Positions 52,537-62,783 of a stretch of DNA of 64,000 nucleotides are shown piece by piece (the stretch's first letter is position 1; the number at the start of each line of letters is the position of its first letter). The position numbers were made by a program, and so were the translations under genes. Location: assembly GCA_033809755.1 (NCBI GenBank), contig JAPXLB010000004.1, forward strand, positions 131,030 to 195,029. The letters run 5' to 3'. This stretch comes from Lentimicrobiaceae bacterium (GTDB lineage: Bacteria; Bacteroidota; Bacteroidia; Bacteroidales; UBA4417). The notes beneath the pieces were generated by a model, which saw only the letters and a program-made list of their open reading frames with translations, had not been told where the DNA came from and did not search any database.

Positions 52537-52733
52537 AATTTTATAATTTAATAGGTTTAAGGTTAGATGTAACTCACATACTCAAAACCTTTTGTTTGTA
52601 CATAAGGTTCAAGTTAATTTCATAAGAAATCAACACGCTCACTTAGCACAAAAATACACAAATATTTGAATTGTTAGCTTTTTTGCAAAAAAATAACAAT
52701 CGAAAAATATCAAGGATATTTGTGTTACGCAGT

Positions 52734-54413
52734 TTAAATAAAAAACAAAATCATTAATTGAGCAGCAATAACTCTCATAAACATTGTAAGCGGATAAACC
52801 GTAGAGTACGCTATAGCAGGCTCTTGATTATCGGTTAGCGAACTTGAGTAAGCCAAAGCAGGCGGGTCGGTTGAGCTTCCCGAAAGAGCACCGGATAAGG
52901 TTATATAATTTATTTTTAAATATTTATATCCGATAAATCCCATTATTAGTAATGGAATAATCGTTATAGCAAATCCTATTGCAACCCAACTCAGCCCTTG
53001 CGATGAGAATGCAGTTGCAAAGAAATTTTTTCCAGCTGCCAATCCCACACTTGCCAAAAACAAGCTTATTCCAATTTCTCTAATCATAAGGTTGGCGCTA
53101 TTGGTAGTGTAGCTTATAATTTTGAATTTATACCCGAATTTACCTATCAAAATGGCAACAATTAGAGGACCGCCTGCAAGTCCTAACTTCACAGGCATTG
53201 GTATTCCAGGAATATAAAAAGGAATGCTTCCGAAAATAACACCTAAAAATATACCTAAGAATAGTGTAACTAAGTGAGGGTGTTCTAATTTGTTTTGGGC
53301 ATTACCTAAAATTTTCTCTACCTTTTTAATATTTTCAATTTCTCCAACAACAGTAACTTTATCTCCAATTTGAAGAGCCATGTTCTTTTTTGCTACAATA
53401 TCAATACCGGCGCGGTTTATACGCGTTAAATTCACATGGTACAAATAACGAAGTTTTAACTGTTTTAGAGTTTTACCGTTAATTTTATCTTGAGTTATTA
53501 TTATTTTTCTCGACACTAATTTTTTCTCCGAAGCAGCCCAGTTAACGTTATCAACTTCGTTTCCCAAAGCGGCAACAATAGCATCTTTGTCGTGGTGTGA
53601 AGCCACTATCAACATTGTATCGCCTGTTTTAACTTTGGTATCGGCACTTGGAATACAAAAATTTTCATCCTGAAAAAGACGAGATATTACAAAGTTTTGG
53701 GTAATAGCTTCTTTTATTTCTTTTACTGTATGATTATTTAGAGACTCGTTTTTTAAGCAAACCGAAAATGGTTCTGGTGTTACACCGTCATCTTCGTGGG
53801 CTGCTTCAAGTTTTTCCACCTCTTTTTTTACATCAACCTTAAATATGATTCTTAAAAGAATAATTGATAAAATAATACCCAACACTCCAAACGGATAGGC
53901 GACTGCATAGCCCATTCCTATTTGAGGTATTTGCGTAATTTGTCCGGCTTCAAATGCTTGTCTGAGAGCTTCTTGTGCGGCTCCAAGTCCTGGGGTGTTG
54001 GTTACAGCTCCCGACATTATACCAACTAATATTGGCATATCTATTTGCTTTTTTAAAATATAATAAAAGGCAATTGTAACGGCTACACCCAAAGACACAA
54101 CGCCTATTGCCAATAAGTTAAGTTTGAGTCCGCTTGATTTAAACGAGGAGAAAAAACCTGGACCAACCTGAAGTCCTATTGAAAAAACAAAGAGTATTAA
54201 GCCAAACTCCTTAATAAACTCTAAAACATTGTGATTAACACTTATACCGAAGTGTCCCGCAATGATACCTGTAAATAAGATAAATGTTGCACCAAGCGAA
54301 ACACCGAATATTTTGATTTTCCCAAGCATTAAGCCTGTAAAAATTATTAGGGAGTAAACCACAGCTGCTTGAGCAATACCTTCGTTTAAAAACAAATTCG
54401 AAAACCAAGACAT
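52734..54413 (-). CDS. AAE family transporter (YidE/YbjL-type, two TrkA-C domains)
   Basis: 559 aa. Duplicated membrane halves flank two central RCK_C-like segments (TVKEIKE...GDTMLIVAS and LKQLKLR...GDKVTVVG), the architecture of aspartate:alanine-exchanger-family putative transporters. Confidence 0.8.
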   Translation of the reverse strand: MSWFSNLFLNEGIAQAAVVYSLIIFTGLMLGKIKIFGVSLGATFILFTGIIAGHFGISVNHNVLEFIKEFGLILFVFSIGLQVGPGFFSSFKSSGLKLNLLAIGVVSLGVAVTIAFYYILKKQIDMPILVGIMSGAVTNTPGLGAAQEALRQAFEAGQITQIPQIGMGYAVAYPFGVLGIILSIILLRIIFKVDVKKEVEKLEAAHEDDGVTPEPFSVCLKNESLNNHTVKEIKEAITQNFVISRLFQDENFCIPSADTKVKTGDTMLIVASHHDKDAIVAALGNEVDNVNWAASEKKLVSRKIIITQDKINGKTLKQLKLRYLYHVNLTRINRAGIDIVAKKNMALQIGDKVTVVGEIENIKKVEKILGNAQNKLEHPHLVTLFLGIFLGVIFGSIPFYIPGIPMPVKLGLAGGPLIVAILIGKFGYKFKIISYTTNSANLMIREIGISLFLASVGLAAGKNFFATAFSSQGLSWVAIGFAITIIPLLIMGFIGYKYLKINYITLSGALSGSSTDPPALAYSSSLTDNQEPAIAYSTVYPLTMFMRVIAAQLMILFFI

Positions 54414-54470
54414 AATTATTTTATCTAAAAATTTTGTGCAAAGGTAGGTATATTTAAGATGCTAAAAAGA

Positions 54471-54505
54471 AAAGACGATAAAAAGATTTTCTTTCTATCG
54501 TCTTT
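54471..54505 (-). terminator. hairpin terminator downstream of the 603-aa T9SS gene
   Basis: AAAGACGATA...TATCGTCTTT is a 10-bp stem followed by a T-rich tract on the minus strand. Confidence 0.6.
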
Positions 54506-54527
54506 TAAAATCAGAATTTAAAATTGC

Positions 54528-56339
54528 TTATCGTATAACAACTTTTGCAGTTTCTGTGTAGCCGGTTTTTGGGTCGGTGAGCATTATTACATACAAACCT
54601 TTATTCAGGTCACTAACATCTATCTTTGTTTCGTTTAAGTTTCCTGCTTTTATGGTTTTACCTTGCATGTCGGATATTTTATACATGGTATTTGTTTTAG
54701 CATTTTCAACAACAATGTAGTTTGTAGCAGGGTTTGGATATACTTTAATGCTGTTTACTTTGTCCTGAGACACTCCACCTACAACATAAGAAGTAACACA
54801 TACATTGTCAATTTCCCAAGTAGCGGCTTCGGTATCTGTAGATGTGTATTTGAATGCTACATTAAAGTTATCCCACATATGTTCAGGGATTTCTATAAAC
54901 GATGAATTTGTCCAATTCCAAGAACCCGTTGAAAGAGTAGCTTGGTCGGTTACATCAATCCATGTCGCTAAATTTGGGTCGCCCGAAACGTAGTCGTTAG
55001 ATAAAAGAACTTTAATATTTTCGCCTGCATAATTTTTTGCGGAGAAAAATCTAAAATGCACATCGGCAGACTGTTTAAGTACAGTTGGTTTGGATAGACC
55101 TTTGGAAATTAGCCAGTCAATATTTGCAAAAGGAGCACCATCATATCCGCTCATTTTGGCGCAAGCCGAATTATCAATACCGTGTATTTCGTCTATAGTC
55201 CAAACCTGACTACCAAGTTCGTTATATGCTGTCCAATCGCCCATACCTTCTTCAAAATCTTCACTATAAACTATCATTTGAGTCTTTGTGATGACAGTAG
55301 GATAATTTCCGTCTGTTTTGTAGTCAACATTAGGTCCACCATTGGTATATGGGAAGATGGCAATTTTAATAGGTAAATCCGGATTCAACTCAGCGAAAGT
55401 GCAAGTTTCTACTCCATAAGCAACATTAATAGCTCCGTTGTTGTCGGAGAAATCCAAATCGTTAGTAACAAAGTTGCCGTCGGTTGGTACATTAATATTA
55501 CCGCTTGAAAACATAACTAAGTATCCTGTAGGCAATTGTTCACCTGTTGCATCATCCCAAGTAACGGTTACGTCAAAGCCTCTAACTTTAACCGCCAAGT
55601 TTGTAGGATAATTTGAAGGTTCCGGTAGTATTGTGGTTGAGCCGGTAGTAACGTCAATTTTAAGTTCATCAATAGCTAGTAGAGCATCAGAGCCAACGGC
55701 ATTGTCGTCAGTCCAGCGTATCCACATATCTGTGCCTGTTAGCCATTCAATATTATCTACAGTTGCGCTGATAGCTTGTCTGTTTTCGGCAGCGTTGCCA
55801 TCTAATGCCTCACTTTGAGTCGAATTTGTAACAATTTCAATAAGGTTAAAATCGCTTACTTCAGTCCATGTACCTGTCAAAAGGTCGGTAGCGTTGAAGC
55901 TGATTTCAAACTTATGAACTTCGTTTACGCTGCTGTTAGTTCCGGTACGCCATTGTTCGCAAAAGCCCGAGAAGTCAATTTTATTAATAGTCGAGCCTGT
56001 ACTATTGGTAAAGTTAGCTCCAAAAGCCGGAGATGTAGAGTTTGAACCTATTGTTCCCATAGCTCTCTCGGTTGAGCCTGTTGTACCAACATTGTAAACT
56101 GCACCGGTGTTTGCCGAGCCGTCGGTAACTTTTAATGGAAGAGCTTCGCCTATTGTGCCTGAGCCGGCAGCTCTAACTCCTTGCCAACCTGTTAGATAAG
56201 TTGTTCCGTCGGGACCTAAGCCGTCGAAATTTTCAAAGTAATTCAAATTGCCTTCAACAAACGAGAACGCCTGTCCGTAAGAAGTAATGCTTATTACTAA
56301 ACTTACAAGAAATGTGATAAAGAGTACGTTTTTTTTCAT
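54528..56339 (-). CDS. secreted T9SS cargo protein (Fn3-like plus choice-of-anchor-J/MAM-like beta-sandwich plus T9SS C-terminal domain)
   Basis: Signal peptide. PEPSNYPTNL..VTVTWDD is Fn3-like. SEDFEEGMGDWTAYNELGSQVWTID is anchor-J-like. The C-terminus IKVYPNPATNYIVVE...KGLYVIMLTD is a Por tail. Confidence 0.8.
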   Translation of the reverse strand: MKKNVLFITFLVSLVISITSYGQAFSFVEGNLNYFENFDGLGPDGTTYLTGWQGVRAAGSGTIGEALPLKVTDGSANTGAVYNVGTTGSTERAMGTIGSNSTSPAFGANFTNSTGSTINKIDFSGFCEQWRTGTNSSVNEVHKFEISFNATDLLTGTWTEVSDFNLIEIVTNSTQSEALDGNAAENRQAISATVDNIEWLTGTDMWIRWTDDNAVGSDALLAIDELKIDVTTGSTTILPEPSNYPTNLAVKVRGFDVTVTWDDATGEQLPTGYLVMFSSGNINVPTDGNFVTNDLDFSDNNGAINVAYGVETCTFAELNPDLPIKIAIFPYTNGGPNVDYKTDGNYPTVITKTQMIVYSEDFEEGMGDWTAYNELGSQVWTIDEIHGIDNSACAKMSGYDGAPFANIDWLISKGLSKPTVLKQSADVHFRFFSAKNYAGENIKVLLSNDYVSGDPNLATWIDVTDQATLSTGSWNWTNSSFIEIPEHMWDNFNVAFKYTSTDTEAATWEIDNVCVTSYVVGGVSQDKVNSIKVYPNPATNYIVVENAKTNTMYKISDMQGKTIKAGNLNETKIDVSDLNKGLYVIMLTDPKTGYTETAKVVIR

Positions 56340-56401
56340 GTTGTTAAATTTTTAAGTTTCGGGGTATAGAGATAAAAACATATCCCTATACCCTGAAATT
56401 A

Positions 56402-59400
56402 TTATTGTAAAATAAGTTTAATTGTTTCTGATTTATTCAGTTTAGTATCTGTAATCCTCAACATATAAAAGCCTTTTGCTTGATTATGGTAGTTGAGTGT
56501 AATAACAGAACCATTATCTATGCTTGTATCAACAATCTTACCCGAGAATGAAATCAATTCAATTTTCAAGGTACTATTGCTAATATTTTCTATTTTCACC
56601 AAACCGTTGCTTGGGTTAGGATACACTGTTATACCGCTCTTATCATAATCAACACCTTCTCTAATATCAACGTGGATATAGTTGGTTAGTGTAAGAGAAT
56701 CGGAGCCGTTTTCATTAGCTACCACTAGTGTTACTGAGTAGTCGCCAAAAGTATTGTAAACAACTTCCGGATTTCTTTCGGTAGAAGTTTCAGGTGTTCC
56801 ACCTTCAAAAGTCCAATTCCATTCTATAGGTGAATTTGTAGATAAATCGGTAAATCTAACCATATCTCCTTCAAAAATATCTGTAATATCGGCAATGAAG
56901 TTGGCAATAGGAAGTGGATATAAACAACCGCCAAGAGGTGTAGCCCAAAGAGTATCACCAATATTGTTTATACCTGCAAATTCAGTAGAAGCAGTCCAGT
57001 TGCTTGGTATGCTGTTGTCGGAAGTTGGGTCGCAAAGTGTAAGCGAACGACCTGTTCCGTTAGCTAAGGTATCCCACGGACTTGATGGCATGTAGTGAAC
57101 TTCGTCGATAATAACATCGAAATTATCAACTAATCTGATGTTTTCGCCGCTATTGCTCAAAGCACCGCTTGTCCATTGCAAGCTACCAACGTTAAATACG
57201 TTTCTGATAGCCGATGAATCAACTGCAACCAGCAAATACTGAGCAGTGTCTATTGTAATATCGGGGAAGGTAAACTGAATGCCTTGTGTGAATTTGAAAT
57301 CTTTTAAATTAATAGCAGTTTCGCCCAAATTGTATAGTTCAATAAACTCTAATGAGTCGGTTCCGGTTTCAGGCGGATTGTACATAATTTCGGTAATAAC
57401 GATATTAGCACCACTCATACAGCCTGTGCCTGGTGTAGCGTAAAGAGGCTGATTAGCAGTATTGTATCCTATAATGTTTGTCGATGCCGACCAGTTTGTG
57501 GGGTCGCTATTATCGAGAGATGTGTTGCAGAAGGTAATTGAAGGTCCACCGGTTAGTGGAATTTCTGGCCAAGGAGCCTGATTTGTATAAGCTACTTCGG
57601 CTTTAACAGTACCAATAGCATCTGTTAGAGTAACTATGTCACCTGTGTTGTCAAGCATACCCGATTCCCATTGAGCGCAATTTACACCAAAAGCGTATTG
57701 CATAGAAACAGAATTGAAAGCAACAAGATAATAGTTGTTTGGCATAAGGGTAGTATCGGGGAAAGTGTAGCTAATACCCGAAGTAAACTTCCAGCCTGTT
57801 AGGTCAACTATTGCGTTTCCTTTGTTGTAAATTTCAACAAACTCTAAAGTATCGTTTCCATTATCAGGCGGGTTGTACATAATTTCGCTTATAATGATAT
57901 TATCGCTTGAAAAATAACAACCTTCGCCAGGAGTTGCATAAATAGTATCTCCCTGAAGCGTAATAAAAGGCTCACTTGATGCCAACCAGTTTTCGGCTAA
58001 GCTATTGTCTAAAGAAGGATCGCAGAAAGTTAAACTGCTACCACCACCGTCAGCTGCTGTAGGCCATGGTGCACTATCTGTGTAAGCAACTGAATCGACT
58101 AACATATTATAATTATTGTATAATTTTATTTCATCTTGGTTGTTGTTCAAACTGAAGTTTCCGCTACCGTCAAAATCGGGAACAAATGGGAAATTTCCAT
58201 TTGTAGCAATTTTAACCGTATATCTTGCACCCGGATCTAATATTGCACCTTGTGGAAGCACTATTGGGGTGTGAGTAGCAACGTTGTCAATCAGCCAGTA
58301 GCCTTCCATATCAACGGCAATATTGTCGTTGTTGTATATTTCAATCCATTCTTCGTCGGGTCCGGGCGAATTGTACATTATCTCGGTAATTACCAAGTCG
58401 GGTAAAACAACAGGAGCAATGACTGAGAATACGGCGTCGCTTTCGTCAAAAATACTTGCATCTGCAACACTCGATATTTTTACTTTATAGTCGTCTGCAA
58501 TTGCTTGGTTTGCAGGTACTGCCCATGTGTACGAACCGTTGTTGGCAACAGAGGCAGCTATTACGCCGGCATTTGTGCCTGTAAGTTCAATTTTTACGTT
58601 ACCTGTAACATTTGCCGATGTCCAGGTTATGTTAAAGTTTGTTCCTTGTTGAACAAACTCGCCTCCGTTGGGACTTGTTACAGTTATAACTTGTGTTACA
58701 AACAGAAAATCGTCACTATCTCTGCTGGTAACATAGTCGCCATCGTTTCTGGAGTTCGGCAATACAACCATATCCATTAAATTAGCGGGTATTGCTGTAC
58801 CTATGTAGTTTGCGTCATAAAAGGTTGTTCTAAAATTGAAAGTGTTGTTATTATTATCAACAATAGGATAAACCTGACCTGTAGCAAAATTTCCGGTTGG
58901 ATTTTGGAATCTGACATCTTCTAATTTAATAAGTTCGGCTTCGTAATTGTCAAAGTTACTTATTAGTTGAGGAATAGTAACAACTTCAGGAGTTATAACA
59001 TTTCCGGTAGAAGTAGGAGCACCCGGGTCGCCTGTTGGGGTAAATTGCAACATATTACCGTATTCGTTTAAAACTCCGGTAAGACCCGTCATGCCGTCGC
59101 CAATTTGGTATGTAGTCGTAATAACACCACTGTTATCGTCAATTAATATCGCAGCTGTAGCATCTTGTATGTATTTCTGTTTTCTGAAATTTTGTGTATA
59201 AGTAACAATAGCTTCGCCTGTAAGTTTGTAGGTATTACCTATTGTGCCTGCTCTAAGTTCGGCTATAGTAGCAACAGTAGGAGTAGGAGCTACAATATTA
59301 AAAGTTCCGCTTTGTGCCGAAGCAGTCAGAGGTATGTCGGTTATTCTGATTTTACAATCGCTACTTAGAGCTTGTGAAGCAGGAATATTCCATGTCCAAG

Positions 59401-60118
59401 TGCCTGCCGATGCAGCAACCGAAGCTGCAAGAACATTCCATGTTGGAGAACCCGCAGATGCGTTATCAGAAAATTCAATCTTTACGTTACTGTTTGTATT
59501 GGAAGCAGTCCAAGTAATATTTTGCGAAGTGCCTTGTGTCCAGTTGGCTCCCGTGGTGGGAGAGGTAACGGCTATTGTTGGAGTGGAACCGCCGTATTCT
59601 GTCCAAGAAATATTGTCGATAGTAGTTTGCCTATTTGATGTGGTAGTACCAACATTTTTTATTCTTATAGTAACCGAACCGGAAGAGTTAACTGTGTGTG
59701 TAAAATCGTGAATGGTTGGATCTGCTCCTGAAACGCCACCAAACTCTGGCGTTGTTGCAACTTGAGTGCCATTTACTATTAATTCCAATTGTCTGGTATT
59801 AGCACCTGTAAATGCTTTTCTGTACTGAAAAGTAAATACACCTACGCCGTTTGGAAATGTGGCTTCTAAGTAACTGTCGGAAGCTCTTCTGAGCATTAAG
59901 CCCTTACTTGTTATTGGGTAACTTCCTTCATCTCTTGAATGTCCGTAAGTCCATGTAATTCCACTTACAGAGTTTGTAAATGAGCCGTCCAGATATGACG
60001 TGGTTAATGCTGTTTGTTCTTCAAAATCTTCGGTAAGATTTTGTGCCTTAACGCCATTTGCAAACGGCAGTAGCAAGAATAAACTTAGTGTTAAGAATGT
60101 GAATAGAATTTTTTTCAT
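56402..60118 (-). CDS. 1238-aa secreted T9SS cargo protein with three lamin-tail domains, two Ser/Thr-rich Ig-like modules, a PKD domain and a T9SS C-terminal domain
   Basis: Three LTD repeats are present: VITEIMYNSPGPDEEWIEIYNN, IISEIMYNPPDNGNDTLEFVEIYNKG and VITEIMYNPPETGTDSLEFIELYNLG. The PKD domain reads FTDLSTNSPIEWNWTFEGGTPETS..NPEVVYNTFGDYSVTLVVANENG. The C-terminus ITVYPNPSNGLVKIE...KGFYMLRITD is a Por tail. Confidence 0.85.
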   Translation of the reverse strand: MKKILFTFLTLSLFLLLPFANGVKAQNLTEDFEEQTALTTSYLDGSFTNSVSGITWTYGHSRDEGSYPITSKGLMLRRASDSYLEATFPNGVGVFTFQYRKAFTGANTRQLELIVNGTQVATTPEFGGVSGADPTIHDFTHTVNSSGSVTIRIKNVGTTTSNRQTTIDNISWTEYGGSTPTIAVTSPTTGANWTQGTSQNITWTASNTNSNVKIEFSDNASAGSPTWNVLAASVAASAGTWTWNIPASQALSSDCKIRITDIPLTASAQSGTFNIVAPTPTVATIAELRAGTIGNTYKLTGEAIVTYTQNFRKQKYIQDATAAILIDDNSGVITTTYQIGDGMTGLTGVLNEYGNMLQFTPTGDPGAPTSTGNVITPEVVTIPQLISNFDNYEAELIKLEDVRFQNPTGNFATGQVYPIVDNNNNTFNFRTTFYDANYIGTAIPANLMDMVVLPNSRNDGDYVTSRDSDDFLFVTQVITVTSPNGGEFVQQGTNFNITWTSANVTGNVKIELTGTNAGVIAASVANNGSYTWAVPANQAIADDYKVKISSVADASIFDESDAVFSVIAPVVLPDLVITEIMYNSPGPDEEWIEIYNNDNIAVDMEGYWLIDNVATHTPIVLPQGAILDPGARYTVKIATNGNFPFVPDFDGSGNFSLNNNQDEIKLYNNYNMLVDSVAYTDSAPWPTAADGGGSSLTFCDPSLDNSLAENWLASSEPFITLQGDTIYATPGEGCYFSSDNIIISEIMYNPPDNGNDTLEFVEIYNKGNAIVDLTGWKFTSGISYTFPDTTLMPNNYYLVAFNSVSMQYAFGVNCAQWESGMLDNTGDIVTLTDAIGTVKAEVAYTNQAPWPEIPLTGGPSITFCNTSLDNSDPTNWSASTNIIGYNTANQPLYATPGTGCMSGANIVITEIMYNPPETGTDSLEFIELYNLGETAINLKDFKFTQGIQFTFPDITIDTAQYLLVAVDSSAIRNVFNVGSLQWTSGALSNSGENIRLVDNFDVIIDEVHYMPSSPWDTLANGTGRSLTLCDPTSDNSIPSNWTASTEFAGINNIGDTLWATPLGGCLYPLPIANFIADITDIFEGDMVRFTDLSTNSPIEWNWTFEGGTPETSTERNPEVVYNTFGDYSVTLVVANENGSDSLTLTNYIHVDIREGVDYDKSGITVYPNPSNGLVKIENISNSTLKIELISFSGKIVDTSIDNGSVITLNYHNQAKGFYMLRITDTKLNKSETIKLILQ

Positions 60119-60491
60119 GTTTTATGTGATTTAATTATTAATTTTATGTTCACTATAATTTTTGCAAAGTTGTATTTTTTTTGTTAATGTCTAAATAAAA
60201 AACAATTAAGTTAACTTTAAGAAGTTTTATAATATTTTGATTTAGAGATGTTTTCATGACAATGCTCATGTATTAATAACAAAAACATAACAATTTCGTA
60301 ACATTAGGATTTTGCGTTTTGTTTCAATTTAGGAACAGTAATAACATACCTTTAAACCTGCAAATCATTTTGTTACAAAGTTTGTATATTTTCAACAAAT
60401 TTACAAAAATTTTTATAAAAAAAAAGAGATTTAATATATTGTTATTAACAAAATTTTCATCTTTATTTTTCGCTCATAACAATTGCGTACA

Positions 60492-60520
60492 GGAAGGTGT
60501 TTTCAACATTAACACCTTCC
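60492..60520. terminator. hairpin downstream of the SLC13 transporter gene
   Basis: GGAAGGTGTT-loop-AACACCTTCC is a 10-bp stem about 65 nt past the stop at 60586. The T tract lies only on the plus-strand side, so termination of the minus-strand gene is uncertain. Confidence 0.4.
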
Positions 60521-60585
60521 AATTTTTCTGTAGAAAATAAATTGGTAATGTAAAAAACACCCAGTGTATATGCTGAAATTAAATC

Positions 60586-62442
60586 TTAGAATGGGAAAAC
60601 AAGCGGTATTGCAAAAACCATAATTACCAGCTGAACTATCTGCAATGGTAAGCCAACTTTTACATAGTCCATAAAATTATATTTTCCTGCCGACATAACC
60701 ATAGCGTTAGGTGGTGTGGAGAATGGACTTGCAAAGCACATACTTGCTGCAACCGTTACTGCTATAAGGAATGGATACGGACTCAATCCCATTGATAAGG
60801 CTGCTTGCAAAGCAATTGGAGCAAATAAAATAGCCGTGGCGGTATTGCTAATAAACATGGTAAGGGTAGAAGTTGCTAGCAAAATTCCGGCAAGGACAGC
60901 GTAAGGTCCGTACGAACCCACTAAACCTATAATGCTTGATGTAACCAACGCCGATGTTCCGGTTTTTTCCATAGCGGTAGCAAGCGGCATCATTCCGGCA
61001 AATAGTACAACGCTTTCCCAGTTGATAGTGCGATAAGCGTCTTTAACTGTCCTGAAACAGCCACCCAAAACTACTGAAACCGCTGCCAGCAGGACTGCTA
61101 CCACTGGAGGCAACCAGTTAAATACCATTGCCAACACCATAAGTGTTAGTATTATACCGGCAAATGGAGCTTTATGGCTAAGGGTAACTTTGGAGGCTTC
61201 GGTTTCGGGTTGTCCTATTACAACAACCTCTTTTTCTAAGCGACTGAAACGGTCTATATCTTCCCAAGTTCCTTGTACTAGAAGCATATCGCCGGCTTGC
61301 ATTTTAACGTCTTTTACGTTTTGGATAATGTAGTTGTCGTGACGCTGTACGCTTAGAATGCTGATATTATAATTGTTGCGAAATTCCGAGTCTTTTACTG
61401 TTCGGTTATGCAAACGGCTGTTATGGAGAATTACAACTTCAGCCATTCCAATTTCATTAAATTTGAACTTTCCACCAAACTTCGGGCGTTCAATTTCTTT
61501 GTCAGCTTGCTTATCGACAAAAGTCAGTCCATTTTCATTAACAAAGTTAAGCACATTTTTGTATTCGCCTATAACGTACAGTATATCATTTTCCGAAAGC
61601 ACCGTGTTTGCATCGGGAACAAATGCACGAACCGAACGGCTCAGCGGAGAAAGCGAACGAACATGAATTTCGCTTATTATAAGCGAATAGCGTTTGGTTA
61701 TGTCAATATCGGCAAGGCTCTTATCAATAATTGGCGATCCTTTTTGAACAATTATTCTATATATATTATCAATTACATTGTAGTCGGTAGCTAATTGTTC
61801 AGGCGATTTAACAGTAGTTTTACCTTCTGCATCGTCTCTTTTACCCTTCTTTTCAAGAACCCTTGACAGGGGCCAAAGCATAAAAATTCCTACAGCCAGC
61901 AAAATTATTCCTATCGGCAATATTGTGAAAAACTGTAATCCTTCGTAACCAGCTTCAATTAAGGCGTTGTGTACTATTAAGTTTGGTGGAGTCCCGATTA
62001 AAGTCATCATTCCGCCCAAACTGCTGGCAAAAGCCATAGGCATTAAGTATCTGCTAACGTTAGCATTCGATTTTGTAGCCATACTTACTATTATTGGCAT
62101 TAGCATAGCTACTGTTCCGGTATTGCTCAACACCGAGCCAATTAGCGAGGTTACAAGCATAACCAAAAGGAACAGTTTGTAGCTGCTATCACCTGCAAAT
62201 TTCAGCAGTCGGTTGCTAATTGCGCTGGCAAGTCCGGTTTGAGTAATGGCGCCGCCTACTACGAAGAGAGCAGCAATCATAATGACAACGGAATTTGAAA
62301 AACCAGCCAATGCTTCGGCAGGTGTTAGGACGTTAGTTAACGTTAATGCTAATAAACAACACAGTGCTACAATATCGGAGCGGATTTTACCCCAAACCAG
62401 CAAACCGGCTGTTACTATCAGAATAATTATAGTTGCAGTCAT
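60586..62442 (-). CDS. SLC13/DASS family permease with two central TrkA-C domains
   Basis: 618 aa. N- and C-terminal multi-TM halves (GTPPNLIV; FASPFSTPPNAMV, the hairpin-loop SNT/PPN motifs) flank cytoplasmic RCK_C-like segments (GSPIIDKSL...NDILYVIG and RTVKDSEF...GDMLLVQG). Confidence 0.85.
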   Translation of the reverse strand: MTATIIILIVTAGLLVWGKIRSDIVALCCLLALTLTNVLTPAEALAGFSNSVVIMIAALFVVGGAITQTGLASAISNRLLKFAGDSSYKLFLLVMLVTSLIGSVLSNTGTVAMLMPIIVSMATKSNANVSRYLMPMAFASSLGGMMTLIGTPPNLIVHNALIEAGYEGLQFFTILPIGIILLAVGIFMLWPLSRVLEKKGKRDDAEGKTTVKSPEQLATDYNVIDNIYRIIVQKGSPIIDKSLADIDITKRYSLIISEIHVRSLSPLSRSVRAFVPDANTVLSENDILYVIGEYKNVLNFVNENGLTFVDKQADKEIERPKFGGKFKFNEIGMAEVVILHNSRLHNRTVKDSEFRNNYNISILSVQRHDNYIIQNVKDVKMQAGDMLLVQGTWEDIDRFSRLEKEVVVIGQPETEASKVTLSHKAPFAGIILTLMVLAMVFNWLPPVVAVLLAAVSVVLGGCFRTVKDAYRTINWESVVLFAGMMPLATAMEKTGTSALVTSSIIGLVGSYGPYAVLAGILLATSTLTMFISNTATAILFAPIALQAALSMGLSPYPFLIAVTVAASMCFASPFSTPPNAMVMSAGKYNFMDYVKVGLPLQIVQLVIMVFAIPLVFPF

Positions 62443-62528
62443 AGAAATTATAAAAATGCAAACTTATAAAAAATACCTTATATAAATGCAAATAACAAAG
62501 TTAAATTATTTTTTGAAGACCGTTTAAT

Positions 62529-62631
62529 CGGTGGTTGGTGATTGGTGATTGGTGAATGGTGGTGGGTGAGTTTCGAGTATTGAGTTTCGAGTTCCGAGTG
62601 TCTCAACTACCAACTCATAACTCAGAACTAC
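62529..62631. repeat. heptad-periodic palindromic intergenic element, copy E, left part
   Basis: GGTGGTTGGTGATTGGTGATTGGTGAATGGTGGTGGGTGAGTTTCGAGTATTGAGTTTCGAGTTCCGAGTG keeps a continuous 7-nt register. It is followed by CTCAACTACCAACTCATAACTCAGAACTAC. Confidence 0.85.
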
Positions 62632-62665
62632 AAAAAAAGTTGCGGGAAACCTCGCAACTTTTTTT
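62632..62665. terminator. bidirectional rho-independent terminator
   Basis: A7-GTTGCGGG-AAAC-CTCGCAAC-T7. It sits inside the heptad element, upstream of the candidate SLC13 promoter boxes (TAACTTTG at 62496-62503 and TAAGTTTG at 62459-62466 on the minus strand). Confidence 0.8.
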
Positions 62666-62783
62666 ATTTAAATTTTCGGTCATTGAGTGCCGATATTGAG
62701 CATAGCGAAATATCGGTGTATCGAAATGCCGAAAATGGAGAACGATTAAAAATTCAATAACATAAATGTCGAAACTTGGAACA

